Origin: Halorubrum sp. | GTDB lineage: Archaea > Halobacteriota > Halobacteria > Halobacteriales > Haloferacaceae | Reading direction: 5' to 3' | Length of the DNA stretch: 64,000 nucleotides | Assembly: GCA_003554605.1 (NCBI GenBank) | Contig: PWGU01000212.1 | Location: 2,773-66,772 of the forward strand | Shown here: piece after piece, positions 1 through 9,365 of the stretch | How positions within the stretch are numbered: the stretch's first letter is position 1 | How the letters are laid out: the number at the start of each line of letters is the position of its first letter | Position numbers and translations under genes: made by a program | The notes under the pieces: generated by a model | The model's database searches: none | What the model was told of the DNA's origin: nothing | Seen by the model: the letters and a program-made list of their open reading frames with translations, nothing else

Positions 1-145
1 GAAACACGCTTGCTGGGTGATCGTGAACGACGCCGACAAGCGTTATCCATCCGGTGTCGGCCGACGCAGGAACGAAGCGAAAATCGCTGTCTGCGATCCG
101 TGGATCCGCGATGGCCGTGGTGAGCCGTGTGGTCGGAGTAGTCAT
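1..145 (-). CDS. 5' part of conserved haloarchaeal protein (TraB-like N-terminus), runs off window
   Basis: Not in ORF track; manual translation from ATG at 145: MTTPTTRLTTAIADPRIADSDFRFVPASADTGWITLVGVVHDHPASVF; AT-rich TATA-like tract at 190-206. Confidence 0.6.
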   Translation of the reverse strand, partial: MTTPTTRLTTAIADPRIADSDFRFVPASADTGWITLVGVVHDHPASVF

Positions 146-295
146 TTCCTACGCGATACTCGTGAGAGTCTACGACACGATAGCAGGCGTATAATATATA
201 AAATTTCCCGTCGGAGCGGCCCGTCGGCGACGTCCGACAGCCCACGGCGTTTGTGAACCAACGATGTCTTGAGCGTGGGGTCGGTATTGGGGGGT

Positions 296-574
296 ATGTC
301 GACGGAATGGAACGTAATCGGATACGTGATCAGCTCCACCTACCGGCTATCGGTTCTCCGCCAACTGACCGACAGGGAAGCCACACCGACCCAGTTGGCT
401 TCGACGATTTCGACCTCCACTACGCACGTCTCGAGGGCGCTTCGCCAGCTCCGCGAGCAGGGGCTCGTCATGTTGGCCGTTCCGGACGATCGGACGAAGA
501 ACAGAGCGTACGAGCTCACGGACCGGGGGAGGTCGGTGTGGGAAACGATCGATTCGACCGGCCTGTCGGTTTGA
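296..574 (+). CDS. ArsR/MarR-type winged-helix transcriptional regulator
   Basis: ATG 296; TPTQLA...HVSRALRQLREQGLV...YELTDRG wHTH pattern; paralogs at 13225 and 55317. Confidence 0.85.
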   Translation: MSTEWNVIGYVISSTYRLSVLRQLTDREATPTQLASTISTSTTHVSRALRQLREQGLVMLAVPDDRTKNRAYELTDRGRSVWETIDSTGLSV

Positions 575-610
575 CGAGCCCTACCATTCGCGACGACGGA
601 CGACTACATG

Positions 611-628
611 GTAATGTTCGCATTACAA
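611..628 (+). promoter_or_regulatory. cluster motif GTA-N9-TTACAA
   Basis: GTA atgttcgca TTACAA, 30 nt before ATG 659. Confidence 0.7.
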
Positions 629-658
629 AGCCAACGACCAGTAATCGGTGGGGTACGA

Positions 659-2032
659 ATGCACCGACGCTCGTTCTGTAAGCGAACCTCCATCAGCGTC
701 GCCGGAATTGCAGTACTCGCGGGGTGCAATGACAATCCGGAAGAGGAGACGACGACGACGGAGCCTGATGACAACGGTGACGACCCGGACTCGAATGAAC
801 CATCGCTTCCCGACGGATTCGATCGACTGGAGAACGTCGTGGATCACGGGGCGGATCCCTCCGGCGGGGAGTCGCTCCTTCCGGTCCTCGAATCGATCGA
901 TCCTGATGGGGCCATCCTCTATCTCCCGCCCGGCCAGTACCGGATGGACGGGTCGTGGAAGCCCGAGGAGTTCCAGCGAACCGGAGTGATCGGGAACGAC
1001 GCGACGATCGTTCCCGATCCGGGAACGCAGACGTATCTGTTCAGCATCGACGGGCGCGGCGATGGTGTGGAGATCCGTGTCGAGGGACTCACGTTCGATT
1101 TCACCCATCCGGACGCGGGTGGACGGATGGTCCATCTGAAGGTTCGCGACGAACTGCTCGTCAGGGACATCACCGCCAGGGGGACGGTCAAGGACGGACC
1201 GAGCTTAGTTCGCGTCGACGTAACCGACCCCGACGGCGAGGGAGTCGTAGAACGGCTACGACTCGCCGACGGCGCGACGGTCGAAAGCGGAATCACGGGG
1301 TGTTACGTCGGAAACGACAATCGAGGCGACATCACGTTCCGCAACTGTCGTATCGAGGGGTTCCCCGACAACGGATTGTATGCGGACCCGCCCGCGGGGA
1401 GCATCACGGTCGACGGGGGACACTTCGCCAACTGCGGGATTTCGAGCGTCCGCGTACGCGGCGGTTCGGTCGTTCGAAATGCCACCGTCCGGTGTGATGA
1501 GGACCGTCTCGACTTCGACAATATGCGAGGAATCCGGCTCACGGATTACGAGCCACAGGACACGCCGGAGCCCGCCGTCGTCGAGAACTGTCGCGTTGAA
1601 ATGTACGACGTGTCCCACAGCGACGGTGCGATCGAACTGTCCGGTCAGCTCGCACGGGCGATCGTTCGCGACACGCAGATCCTGACGGATGCGGACGACG
1701 TTCCCGCGTTCAACGCGAAGCGACCCAACTCCGTGTTCGTGGAGTTCGGGATACAGCCGAGCGTCGAGATGGAGAACGTTACGGTCACCGGATCGGCTGC
1801 GGACGGCGAAGCGATCGCGATCGTCGGACGCAACGAATGCCTGCTGGAGGATATTGACATTCGACAAACCGGCCAGCGGAGGGGCGGAATCTCCTTCAGA
1901 GGCTCGGCGGACAACGTCATCCGAAACGCTCGAATAAACGTAACCGGCGAGCCGATCAGTCTGGACGATAGCGACGCCGAGACGCTCGATGTCGATGTTG
2001 ACGATGGCGACGACCGAGCCCGTTTGCGGTAA
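659..2032 (+). CDS. Tat lipoprotein with right-handed parallel beta-helix (pectin-lyase-like) domain
   Basis: MHRRSF twin-arginine, LAGC lipobox, acidic linker, beta-helix-like repeats (IEGFPDNGLYA, NCGISSVRV). Confidence 0.75.
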   Translation: MHRRSFCKRTSISVAGIAVLAGCNDNPEEETTTTEPDDNGDDPDSNEPSLPDGFDRLENVVDHGADPSGGESLLPVLESIDPDGAILYLPPGQYRMDGSWKPEEFQRTGVIGNDATIVPDPGTQTYLFSIDGRGDGVEIRVEGLTFDFTHPDAGGRMVHLKVRDELLVRDITARGTVKDGPSLVRVDVTDPDGEGVVERLRLADGATVESGITGCYVGNDNRGDITFRNCRIEGFPDNGLYADPPAGSITVDGGHFANCGISSVRVRGGSVVRNATVRCDEDRLDFDNMRGIRLTDYEPQDTPEPAVVENCRVEMYDVSHSDGAIELSGQLARAIVRDTQILTDADDVPAFNAKRPNSVFVEFGIQPSVEMENVTVTGSAADGEAIAIVGRNECLLEDIDIRQTGQRRGGISFRGSADNVIRNARINVTGEPISLDDSDAETLDVDVDDGDDRARLR

Positions 2033-2046
2033 TCGCCCCGTAACAA
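2029..2046 (+). promoter_or_regulatory. cluster motif GTA-N9-TAACAA
   Basis: GTA atcgccccg TAACAA, 55 nt before ATG 2102. Confidence 0.7.
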
Positions 2047-2101
2047 TGGTCCATTCGGTCCCCTGTTTGGATGTTCTATCCCCCGGTAACGATCGCCATT
2101 C

Positions 2102-3931
2102 ATGACAAACACCCCTGCGACGTCGATTTTTCGAGCCGTATTGACCGTCGGATTTCTCGCGTTCGCCGCTGCGATCATCATCGCGCACCTGACGCCCGCG
2201 ACGAACTACGAACTCTCGATCTACCGATCCACGCCGACGCTCTTCTGGCTCGGTATCGGCGTCGGATTCGTCGCGTCGATCGTGACGCTGTTCGGGACCG
2301 ACTCCCGTCGACTTGCCGACGGAGGGGCACTTCTCCTCGGTGGCAGTCTCCTTGCAGTGGTTTCGATCCCCCTCCTCCGGTCGTATGCGTTCTACGGGTC
2401 CGGTGACGCGTTAACCCATCTCGGGTGGGCTCGTGAGATACACACCGGGGTGATCGGCCCGGAGGAGGTGTTGTACCCGGCGGTCCATCTCATCGGCGTC
2501 GAGTTCGCCGCGTTGTCCGGGCTGGATCTCACCACGACGCTCCAGTTCTCACCGGCGTTGTTGTTTCCGGCAGTCTACCTGCTCACGATGCCGCTGCTTG
2601 TCGGCTTGCTTACCGGCTCGCGGTGGGCACTTCCGGTCGGTCTCGGGGCGGCGGTGCTGCTGATCCCGATCAACAAGATCAGCGTCCACGTGCTCGTTCA
2701 CCCGTCGAGTCAGGCGATCCTCTTCGCACCGTTCGTCCTGTACCTGCTGTTTCTGCATCTCGATTCGGGTCGGAGCGACCTCCCGGTCTCAGCAACCGGG
2801 GTCGCGTTCGCGCTCGCCGCGGTCGGCATCGTCTTCGTCCACCCTCAAGAGACGATGGTGCTCGTCTCGCTGCTCGCCGGCGTCGTTGCGGTCCAATTCG
2901 CCGCGAGACGGTATCGCCCGGACCACCCGATCGCGAGTCACCGACCGATCGCCATTCACACGGTCGCCGTCGGCACGCTGTTGGTGACTTGGCTGCTCAG
3001 ACACGAGCGGGCGACGAGCAGGTTCGAGGGCGTCGTCTCCAGCCTCGCCACGTCGGGAGCGACGACCGGCGGCGAGACGGCGGAACGCGGCACCTCGCTC
3101 GCCGCGCTCGGCGGAAGCTTCGAGGAGCTGTTCGTGAAACTGTTCGCGGTGTCGCTCGTGTTTTGTGTGCTCGCCGGTGGGCTGACGCTGCTCCATCTCG
3201 TCGGCCGGACGGATCCCGATCGGTCGTGGCGTAACGCCGCGATAACGTACCTGTCGGTCGGCCTCTTCCCGCCGTTCGTGATCTTCATGATCGTCTTCCT
3301 CGCCAATCAGGACGACCACTACTTCAGATTCCATGGATTCATCATGGCCATCGTGACGATCCTCGGAGCCGTCGCGATCGTGATCCTCCTCGACCGACTC
3401 TCCGAGCTGAGCACCCGTCGGAGCACGTCGTTCAGCCGATCGCAGGTGATTGGTGTCATCGTCGTCGTGTTCGTGATGCTGCTCGCCGCACAGCTGCTGG
3501 TCGTCCATATGTCACCGTATATGTACCAGCCGAACCAGCAGGTGAACGACGCGGACTTCTCCGGTCACGAGATCGCGTTCGAGTACCACGACGGCGACAC
3601 CACACTCGTTGGACTCCGACGCGGGCAGGGTCGATACATCGACGCGCATTTCGGCCGCGAGACCGCACGCGGGTCGTTGGAGTTCCCCGGCTATCGTGCC
3701 GACGATGCGGGGGTGACAGGGGAGCTGTTCAGCACCAACCTCACGACGCACTTCGAGGACGACCGCTATCTGGTGGTCGGCGATCGAAATAAAAAACAGG
3801 AGGTCGACCTCTACAACGAGATTCGGTTCACGCGGTCCGGGTTCGATCGTCTCGAAACGGATCATCGTGTCAGTCGAGTCCAGGACAACGGCGAGTTCCG
3901 GCTCTACCGGATCGACGGGACGGGAGGCTAA
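2102..3931 (+). CDS. polytopic membrane protein, candidate GT-C-fold polysaccharide polymerase/ligase
   Basis: Many hydrophobic segments, GDALTHLG loop motif, C-terminal soluble domain ending DNGEFRLY; glycan-cluster context. Confidence 0.6.
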   Translation: MTNTPATSIFRAVLTVGFLAFAAAIIIAHLTPATNYELSIYRSTPTLFWLGIGVGFVASIVTLFGTDSRRLADGGALLLGGSLLAVVSIPLLRSYAFYGSGDALTHLGWAREIHTGVIGPEEVLYPAVHLIGVEFAALSGLDLTTTLQFSPALLFPAVYLLTMPLLVGLLTGSRWALPVGLGAAVLLIPINKISVHVLVHPSSQAILFAPFVLYLLFLHLDSGRSDLPVSATGVAFALAAVGIVFVHPQETMVLVSLLAGVVAVQFAARRYRPDHPIASHRPIAIHTVAVGTLLVTWLLRHERATSRFEGVVSSLATSGATTGGETAERGTSLAALGGSFEELFVKLFAVSLVFCVLAGGLTLLHLVGRTDPDRSWRNAAITYLSVGLFPPFVIFMIVFLANQDDHYFRFHGFIMAIVTILGAVAIVILLDRLSELSTRRSTSFSRSQVIGVIVVVFVMLLAAQLLVVHMSPYMYQPNQQVNDADFSGHEIAFEYHDGDTTLVGLRRGQGRYIDAHFGRETARGSLEFPGYRADDAGVTGELFSTNLTTHFEDDRYLVVGDRNKKQEVDLYNEIRFTRSGFDRLETDHRVSRVQDNGEFRLYRIDGTGG

Positions 3932-3938
3932 CCGACGA

Positions 3939-3956
3939 GTATTCCTCCCATAACAA
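3939..3956 (+). promoter_or_regulatory. cluster motif GTA-N9-TAACAA
   Basis: GTA ttcctccca TAACAA, 26 nt before ATG 3983. Confidence 0.75.
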
Positions 3957-3982
3957 TACGATCGAGCGAGAATGCGTTCATT

Positions 3983-5176
3983 ATGGAAGAAGCCGGAACG
4001 GCCCGAGATGCCGTAGTGATCCCGGTCGGGTTCGAGTCCGGGGCGTACTCGTGTGTCCGATCCCTCTCGCGGCGTGGCGTGTACACGATCGTCGCCTCCG
4101 AACACAGCGACACACCGGCAGCCGCGTCGCGCTTCTGTGACGAGTTCGTGTCGATCCCGTCCCCGTACGAGGACGTCCTCGCGTACCGGGACGCGCTCGT
4201 CGGGCTCGCCGCCCGCGACGACGTGGCGACGATCCTCCCGCTGCGCGCACAGGACGCGTACGTGTTCGCCCGCTACGCGGAGGTGTTCGAGCCGTACGTC
4301 TCGCTGGTGACGCCCTCGTCGGACCTCCTCGAAACGGTGTTCGACCGCGTCAAACTCGTCGCGGCCGCCGCGGACGCCGGCGTGCCCGCACCCGAGACGC
4401 GACTCCTTTCGGACGTCGACGCGTGGGATCGGGACCTGATCATCAAGTCACGGTACAACCTGCTCACCGACGAAGCGTGCTCAGGGTTCTCGCCACGGGA
4501 CGTGGCGACCGCGAAACACGTCACGCACGTCGCCCCGAACGAGGCGGTGAACGTCGAGGCGGTCGAGGCCGAGATGCAGCACACACCCATCGTTCAGGAG
4601 TACATTCCGTCCTCATACGAGTATCTCTTCGGTGCGCTGTACGACGACGGCGAGCCGGTGACGACTTTTCAACATCGGCAGGTGCGGGGTGACTCCTACA
4701 CCGGCGGCGGTGGGGTCTACCGGGAGGCGATACGGGACCCGGACCTCGAACGGGTCGGCCGGGCGCTGCTCGATCAGCTCGAGTACGACGGACTCGCCTG
4801 TATCGAGTACATGAAACACGCCGAGACGGGCGAGTACGTCCTCACGGAGATCAACCCTCGTGTGTGGCAGTCACTGGCGACGGCGGTCCGCGCCGGGGCC
4901 GATTTTCCGGCCGGTTACTGGGAGGTAGCGACCGAGGCCCCGGTTCGAAGCGACTTCCAGTACGAGGTCGGCGTCGGGACGCATCTGCTGTACGGGGAGT
5001 TAGAATACCTGAAAAGCATCGTTCGCGACGAATCCCCGTTCGTGGACCGGCCGTCGTTTCCGGGCACGGCGTGGGAGATCGCGGCTTCCTGTGTCGAAAA
5101 CCCCTCCTTCGATATGCTCCGAGCCGACGACCCGAGGCCGTTTATCAGCGGGCTCGTTCACGTGATCACAAAGTAG
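3983..5176 (+). CDS. ATP-grasp carboxylate-amine ligase (D-aspartate-ligase-like)
   Basis: IVQEYIP, GLACIEY, LTEINPRVWQS ATP-grasp motifs. Confidence 0.85.
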   Translation: MEEAGTARDAVVIPVGFESGAYSCVRSLSRRGVYTIVASEHSDTPAAASRFCDEFVSIPSPYEDVLAYRDALVGLAARDDVATILPLRAQDAYVFARYAEVFEPYVSLVTPSSDLLETVFDRVKLVAAAADAGVPAPETRLLSDVDAWDRDLIIKSRYNLLTDEACSGFSPRDVATAKHVTHVAPNEAVNVEAVEAEMQHTPIVQEYIPSSYEYLFGALYDDGEPVTTFQHRQVRGDSYTGGGGVYREAIRDPDLERVGRALLDQLEYDGLACIEYMKHAETGEYVLTEINPRVWQSLATAVRAGADFPAGYWEVATEAPVRSDFQYEVGVGTHLLYGELEYLKSIVRDESPFVDRPSFPGTAWEIAASCVENPSFDMLRADDPRPFISGLVHVITK

Positions 5177-5193
5177 GGTGGTTCACGCCGCTC

Positions 5194-6354
5194 CTACTCG
5201 ACCGAGCCGTTGAGCGTGCGATTGATCGTCGCGTCGACGACCATGCCACACACCAGCATGAGAACGCCCACGACGAGGGCGAGCGTTCCCCACGTGGACC
5301 GGCCGGAACGGTCGTCGTCGCCAGCAGCGTCAGCGACCGCAGTTTCACCCTCGTCATCGACGACGGTTTCACGGTTGAAATCCGCCTCAATGCCGCCATC
5401 ACCGGTCAATGGTCCGTCGACGCCAGCGGCCGCCGCGTGGTTCGTATTCTCGGCGCCGGTGGCGACGTGTGACCGCAGCGACCGCAGGGCCGAGGCGAGA
5501 CCGGCCGCGACGCCGAGCGCGCCACCGACGTACAACCCCGACCGGGCGACCTCGACGGGGGTCTCCCGACGGACGGAGAGCCGCCAGAGGAAGGTGCGGA
5601 GGAGCATCAGCGAAACCCGCGGAATGTACGTCCGGTAGTCGATGTCGCTCTCCTCGTCCCCGTAGTTAGCGGAGATCGGAACGTCGACAACCCGGAATCC
5701 GTTGGCGCTCAATCGCACCAGCAGGTCGTTACAGTAGCCGTAGAACTCGAACATCCCTTCGATGTCCGCGCCGTCGAGCGCATCGGTCGAGATGGCGGTG
5801 TAGCCGTTCTGTGGATCCCCGATGTACCAGTACCCGCTGGCGATCTTGGTGAGATACGAGAGTATCACGTTGCCGACGTATCGGAATCCGGGCATCTCCG
5901 AGCGGTCGGCCGCGTCGAGCAACCGGTTCCCCTTCGCGTAGTCGGCCTCCCCGTCGACGATCGGGTCGATCACCAGCGTAAGCTTGTCGGGATCCATCTG
6001 CCCGTCCCCACCCATCACCGCGGTGACGCCGACGTCGTCCCACGTTGCACGGAGATAGCCGGTTTTGATCGCGCCGCCGACGCCGCGGTTCTTCGCGTGC
6101 TGGATCGGGACGATCCGTCGATCGAATTGCGTGGGTTCGCCGTCGGTGTAATCGTCGTCTTCGTCATCCTCGTCGGATCGGTCGTTGACACGATCCGCAG
6201 TTTCCCGGATCTCGTCCCACGTGCCGTCCGTGGAACAGTCGTCGACGACGTACGCCCGGTCGACGTACGCGGGCAGCGTCTCGATCACCTCCCCGACGAA
6301 TCCCTCCTCGTTGTATGCCGGTACGACGACGCCGATCGTTGTTCCTTCGTACAT
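5194..6354 (-). CDS. glycosyltransferase family 2 with C-terminal membrane segments
   Basis: VVVPAYNEE, VVDDCSTDGT, NRGVGGAIKTG, GDGQMDP, DPQNGY. Confidence 0.9.
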   Translation of the reverse strand: MYEGTTIGVVVPAYNEEGFVGEVIETLPAYVDRAYVVDDCSTDGTWDEIRETADRVNDRSDEDDEDDDYTDGEPTQFDRRIVPIQHAKNRGVGGAIKTGYLRATWDDVGVTAVMGGDGQMDPDKLTLVIDPIVDGEADYAKGNRLLDAADRSEMPGFRYVGNVILSYLTKIASGYWYIGDPQNGYTAISTDALDGADIEGMFEFYGYCNDLLVRLSANGFRVVDVPISANYGDEESDIDYRTYIPRVSLMLLRTFLWRLSVRRETPVEVARSGLYVGGALGVAAGLASALRSLRSHVATGAENTNHAAAAGVDGPLTGDGGIEADFNRETVVDDEGETAVADAAGDDDRSGRSTWGTLALVVGVLMLVCGMVVDATINRTLNGSVE

Positions 6355-6472
6355 GAAGTGTCGGCCGAATCAATCGCTGACTCGGCGGTTGTCGGGTTCC
6401 ACCGGTCGACGGTGTATTGTTATGATGCCGCTGACGACCCCGGTCCTTCGACGGACGTCTCGTCTTCGGGGG

Positions 6473-6547
6473 CCACGTGACCGACGTCTGCGCCGCTTCG
6501 TGCACCACGTGACCGACCCCTCCACGTCCTCGGGCTCCACGTGACCG
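6473..6547. repeat. three copies of CCACGTGACCG with exact 32-bp period
   Basis: Copies start at 6473, 6505, 6537 in the divergent intergenic region. Confidence 0.8.
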
Positions 6548-6578
6548 CCCCCTCGTGTTCCAGCCCGGAAGCTTCCCG

Positions 6579-6596
6579 GTACCGTCCACATAACAA
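6579..6596 (+). promoter_or_regulatory. cluster motif GTA-N9-TAACAA
   Basis: GTA ccgtccaca TAACAA, 25 nt before ATG 6622. Confidence 0.75.
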
Positions 6597-6621
6597 CGCC
6601 GACGAGGCGGTATCGGTGTCC

Positions 6622-8652
6622 ATGAGCCAGGAGACCGAATCCCCACGCGGGTCGGCGCGGACCCGATTCAGCGATCCCCCATCCACGGTTCGGGACGGCG
6701 TTGACAGCTGGACGGACATCGTCGACCCGTCGACACGCGTCGACGCGGAACTGCTGTCGGCGCTCCGGGAGCGGATGCGTGAGGAGTCGCTCGCCGACGC
6801 GCTGACGACGGTATTTTCGCGGTCACCAGAGGCGGAGTCGGATGCCGATGGCGACCGGCACCGTCCGCGTGACGCCCTGGAAGCGGAGTACGCCGTCCGG
6901 GAAGCGCTGTTCGTCGACCCTGCGGACGCGTGGCGCATTCCGGTAGCCGACTCGATCGGTGGGCGCTGTCTCGACGTGAATGCCGGCGTCGGCACACGAT
7001 CGCTTCTGCTCGCCGAACTCACCGACACCGTCGACGCGGTCGACACCGACATCGCCTCCCTCTCGTTTCTCGCCGAGCGCGACGACTACGCCGCCGGGGA
7101 TCGGGTGACGCCGATACACGCGGATCTCCCCTCGCTTCCGACGCCGTCGACGCCGTATGATACGGTCGTCGCCGACCTCGTCGGACGGAATCGCCCGGAG
7201 TCGCTGGAGACGGCAATCGGGCAACTCACGAGACACCTCGCGTCGACCGGGACGCTCCTACTGTTGCTCGACGGCTGGCCCCGCCTTGCGGGGCTCACGG
7301 ACGCCGTCGACCTCGGCACACCGACGACCGGCCCACACGTCCGGCGTTCGTTCTCGGAAACGGCTCGAACTGGCATCCGTGGCTACAGGAGTCGTCTCTC
7401 CGCGATGGGGTTCGAGAATGTCGAACTGTACGCGCTCGTCCCGGATTCGGCCGACCCGTCGTACGTGATCCCCGTCGACGACTCCGGGGCGATACGGCGG
7501 CTGCTCGGCGCCAGTCGGTCGGACGGAACCGCCGTTCAGCGACTGATCGCACGGGCTGCGGGTGTGATGCGTGACGGAGGCCTCCTTGACCGATGCTGGC
7601 CGGCGTATCTCGCGGTCTGTCATGTCGACGGCGACGCCGCCGGCGTCGATCGCCACGGGATCGACTCCCCGGTCGCCGACGGCGGCGCGATCGCTCCGGA
7701 CACGGACGGGCTGGTGACCCGTGGCGGCGGGCGATCGACGGTTCTCGTCGACGACGAGGACGGGACGCTCGCGGGCGTCACGAAGGTTCCACACCGCCGG
7801 GCGCACGCGGAGTTCGCGCTCGATGAGTGCCGCACGATGCGCCACATTCGTAAAAACGGGAGTGGCGTGACCGAAGACCCGGAGATTCTCAACGAGCCGA
7901 TCTCGGAGCGCGTCCCGATTCCGGAGACGATCCCGGACGGGTCGGTGACCATGACACGGTTCGGCCCGACCTACACGGAACACCCGGCCCGGGGCGTGCC
8001 GCTCGCGGGTGCCGTCTCTCGCGACCCCGACCGGTTTCGGCAGGTTCTCGAACTGGGATTTGACTGGCTGGCCCGCCTCCACCGACAGTACGGCACGGAG
8101 CCCGAAAGGTGGTCGCCTGCGGCCGTCCGCGACGACCTCCGGTTTCCGCAACTCGGACTGGACCCTCCACCGATCGGCGACCCGGTACGGCTGTTTCGGG
8201 CTCCGATCCACGGCGACTTCCATCCGAAGAACGTATTCGTCGACGGAGACGCCGACCTCGGCTCCGAACGTGGTGGGCGAGTTACGGCGGTGATCGACTG
8301 GGAGCTGAGCGCCGTTGAGGGTAACCCGATCGTCGACGCCGGGTTCTTCGCGCTCCAGACGGCGCGACTGGCGTTCGGCGGGCTCGAGGCGGGCCTCGAT
8401 GCCGCCTTCACGACGCCCGGCCCACACGCGGATGCGCTTCGGGACGTGGTTGGAGACTACTGTGCCGCCGTCGGGATCGAGCGCCGAGCGTTCGTGATCT
8501 GTCTCTCCGCCGTCTGGATACACCGACTCCGACAGTGTGCGGCACGCGGCGCGACCGCCAGTTACAGCGCACGTGCCGTTCGCCGGGCGAACGACGTGCG
8601 GCTGGTCCGTGAACGCCGAGGGGAGATCGAGCGCACCGTCGGCTCGGAGTGA
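6622..8652 (+). CDS. class I SAM-methyltransferase-like + APH/choline-kinase-like phosphotransferase fusion
   Basis: N-terminal RCLDVNAGVG...VDAVD (SAM motif I/II); C-terminal HGDFHPKN and AVIDWE kinase motifs; start chosen from motif spacing. Confidence 0.75.
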   Translation: MSQETESPRGSARTRFSDPPSTVRDGVDSWTDIVDPSTRVDAELLSALRERMREESLADALTTVFSRSPEAESDADGDRHRPRDALEAEYAVREALFVDPADAWRIPVADSIGGRCLDVNAGVGTRSLLLAELTDTVDAVDTDIASLSFLAERDDYAAGDRVTPIHADLPSLPTPSTPYDTVVADLVGRNRPESLETAIGQLTRHLASTGTLLLLLDGWPRLAGLTDAVDLGTPTTGPHVRRSFSETARTGIRGYRSRLSAMGFENVELYALVPDSADPSYVIPVDDSGAIRRLLGASRSDGTAVQRLIARAAGVMRDGGLLDRCWPAYLAVCHVDGDAAGVDRHGIDSPVADGGAIAPDTDGLVTRGGGRSTVLVDDEDGTLAGVTKVPHRRAHAEFALDECRTMRHIRKNGSGVTEDPEILNEPISERVPIPETIPDGSVTMTRFGPTYTEHPARGVPLAGAVSRDPDRFRQVLELGFDWLARLHRQYGTEPERWSPAAVRDDLRFPQLGLDPPPIGDPVRLFRAPIHGDFHPKNVFVDGDADLGSERGGRVTAVIDWELSAVEGNPIVDAGFFALQTARLAFGGLEAGLDAAFTTPGPHADALRDVVGDYCAAVGIERRAFVICLSAVWIHRLRQCAARGATASYSARAVRRANDVRLVRERRGEIERTVGSE

Positions 8653-8792
8653 GCGCTGAACGAGGGCTGAGCGAGGGAGTGGGTCGCGATGCGACACCCG
8701 TCGGCGATCGGCGAACTATCGACGGCGCATCGACGGCGTATCGATGGAGTATCGAGTGTTTACCTTAGTTGGTTCATGGATCATACGTGTAC

Positions 8793-9311
8793 ATGGCACA
8801 ACCAAATCAGCCGGCGGAACTGCCCCGTGTCGTCGACGATTGCATGCTCGGTGACGGGACCGAAGTCGCCCCATTTGCCGTCCTGAACGACTGTGAGTTC
8901 GGATCGGACTGTCGTGTGTGGCGATTCGTCAACTGCTACGGCGCCACGTTCGGCGACGAGGTGATGATCGGCAGCTTCGCCGAGATCCAGTCGGACGTCA
9001 TCGTGGGCGACCGGACGCGGATCCAGTCACACGCGTTCATCCCCTCGCTGACGCGGATCGGCGACGACGTCTTCGTCAGTCACGGCGCGAAGTTCGTCAA
9101 CGACCTGTACCCCCCAAGTGGCGATCCGGACGCGTGGGAGCCGACGATCATCGGCGACGGTGCGTCGATCGGCACGAACGCGACGCTGTTACCCGTCGAG
9201 ATTGGCAAAAACGCCACCGTCGGCGCCGGTGCCGTCGTTATCGATGACGTCCCCGATGACGCCATCGTCGTCGGCAACCCCGCAGAGATCGTCGGCTATC
9301 ACAACCGATGA
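8793..9311 (+). CDS. hexapeptide-repeat acyltransferase (WbpD/WlbB-like)
   Basis: Left-handed beta-helix hexapeptides, FVND, VVGNPA; upstream variant motif GTA-N9-TACCTT at 8749-8766. Confidence 0.85.
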   Translation: MAQPNQPAELPRVVDDCMLGDGTEVAPFAVLNDCEFGSDCRVWRFVNCYGATFGDEVMIGSFAEIQSDVIVGDRTRIQSHAFIPSLTRIGDDVFVSHGAKFVNDLYPPSGDPDAWEPTIIGDGASIGTNATLLPVEIGKNATVGAGAVVIDDVPDDAIVVGNPAEIVGYHNR

Positions 9312-9365
9312 CGGAGGCGTACGCCGGCGACGACGACCAACGCTGGAAACCCAGCGGCTACTCGA

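Noticed and set aside
6473-6568. 32-bp periodic repeat as a mini-CRISPR array
   Set aside because: The repeat is only 11 bp, the spacers are 21 bp and partly similar, and no cas genes are present
7258-8697. 479-aa antisense ORF (likewise 60116-61507 and many others)
   Set aside because: Typical stop-poor shadow frames of high-GC genes; no motifs and non-halophilic composition
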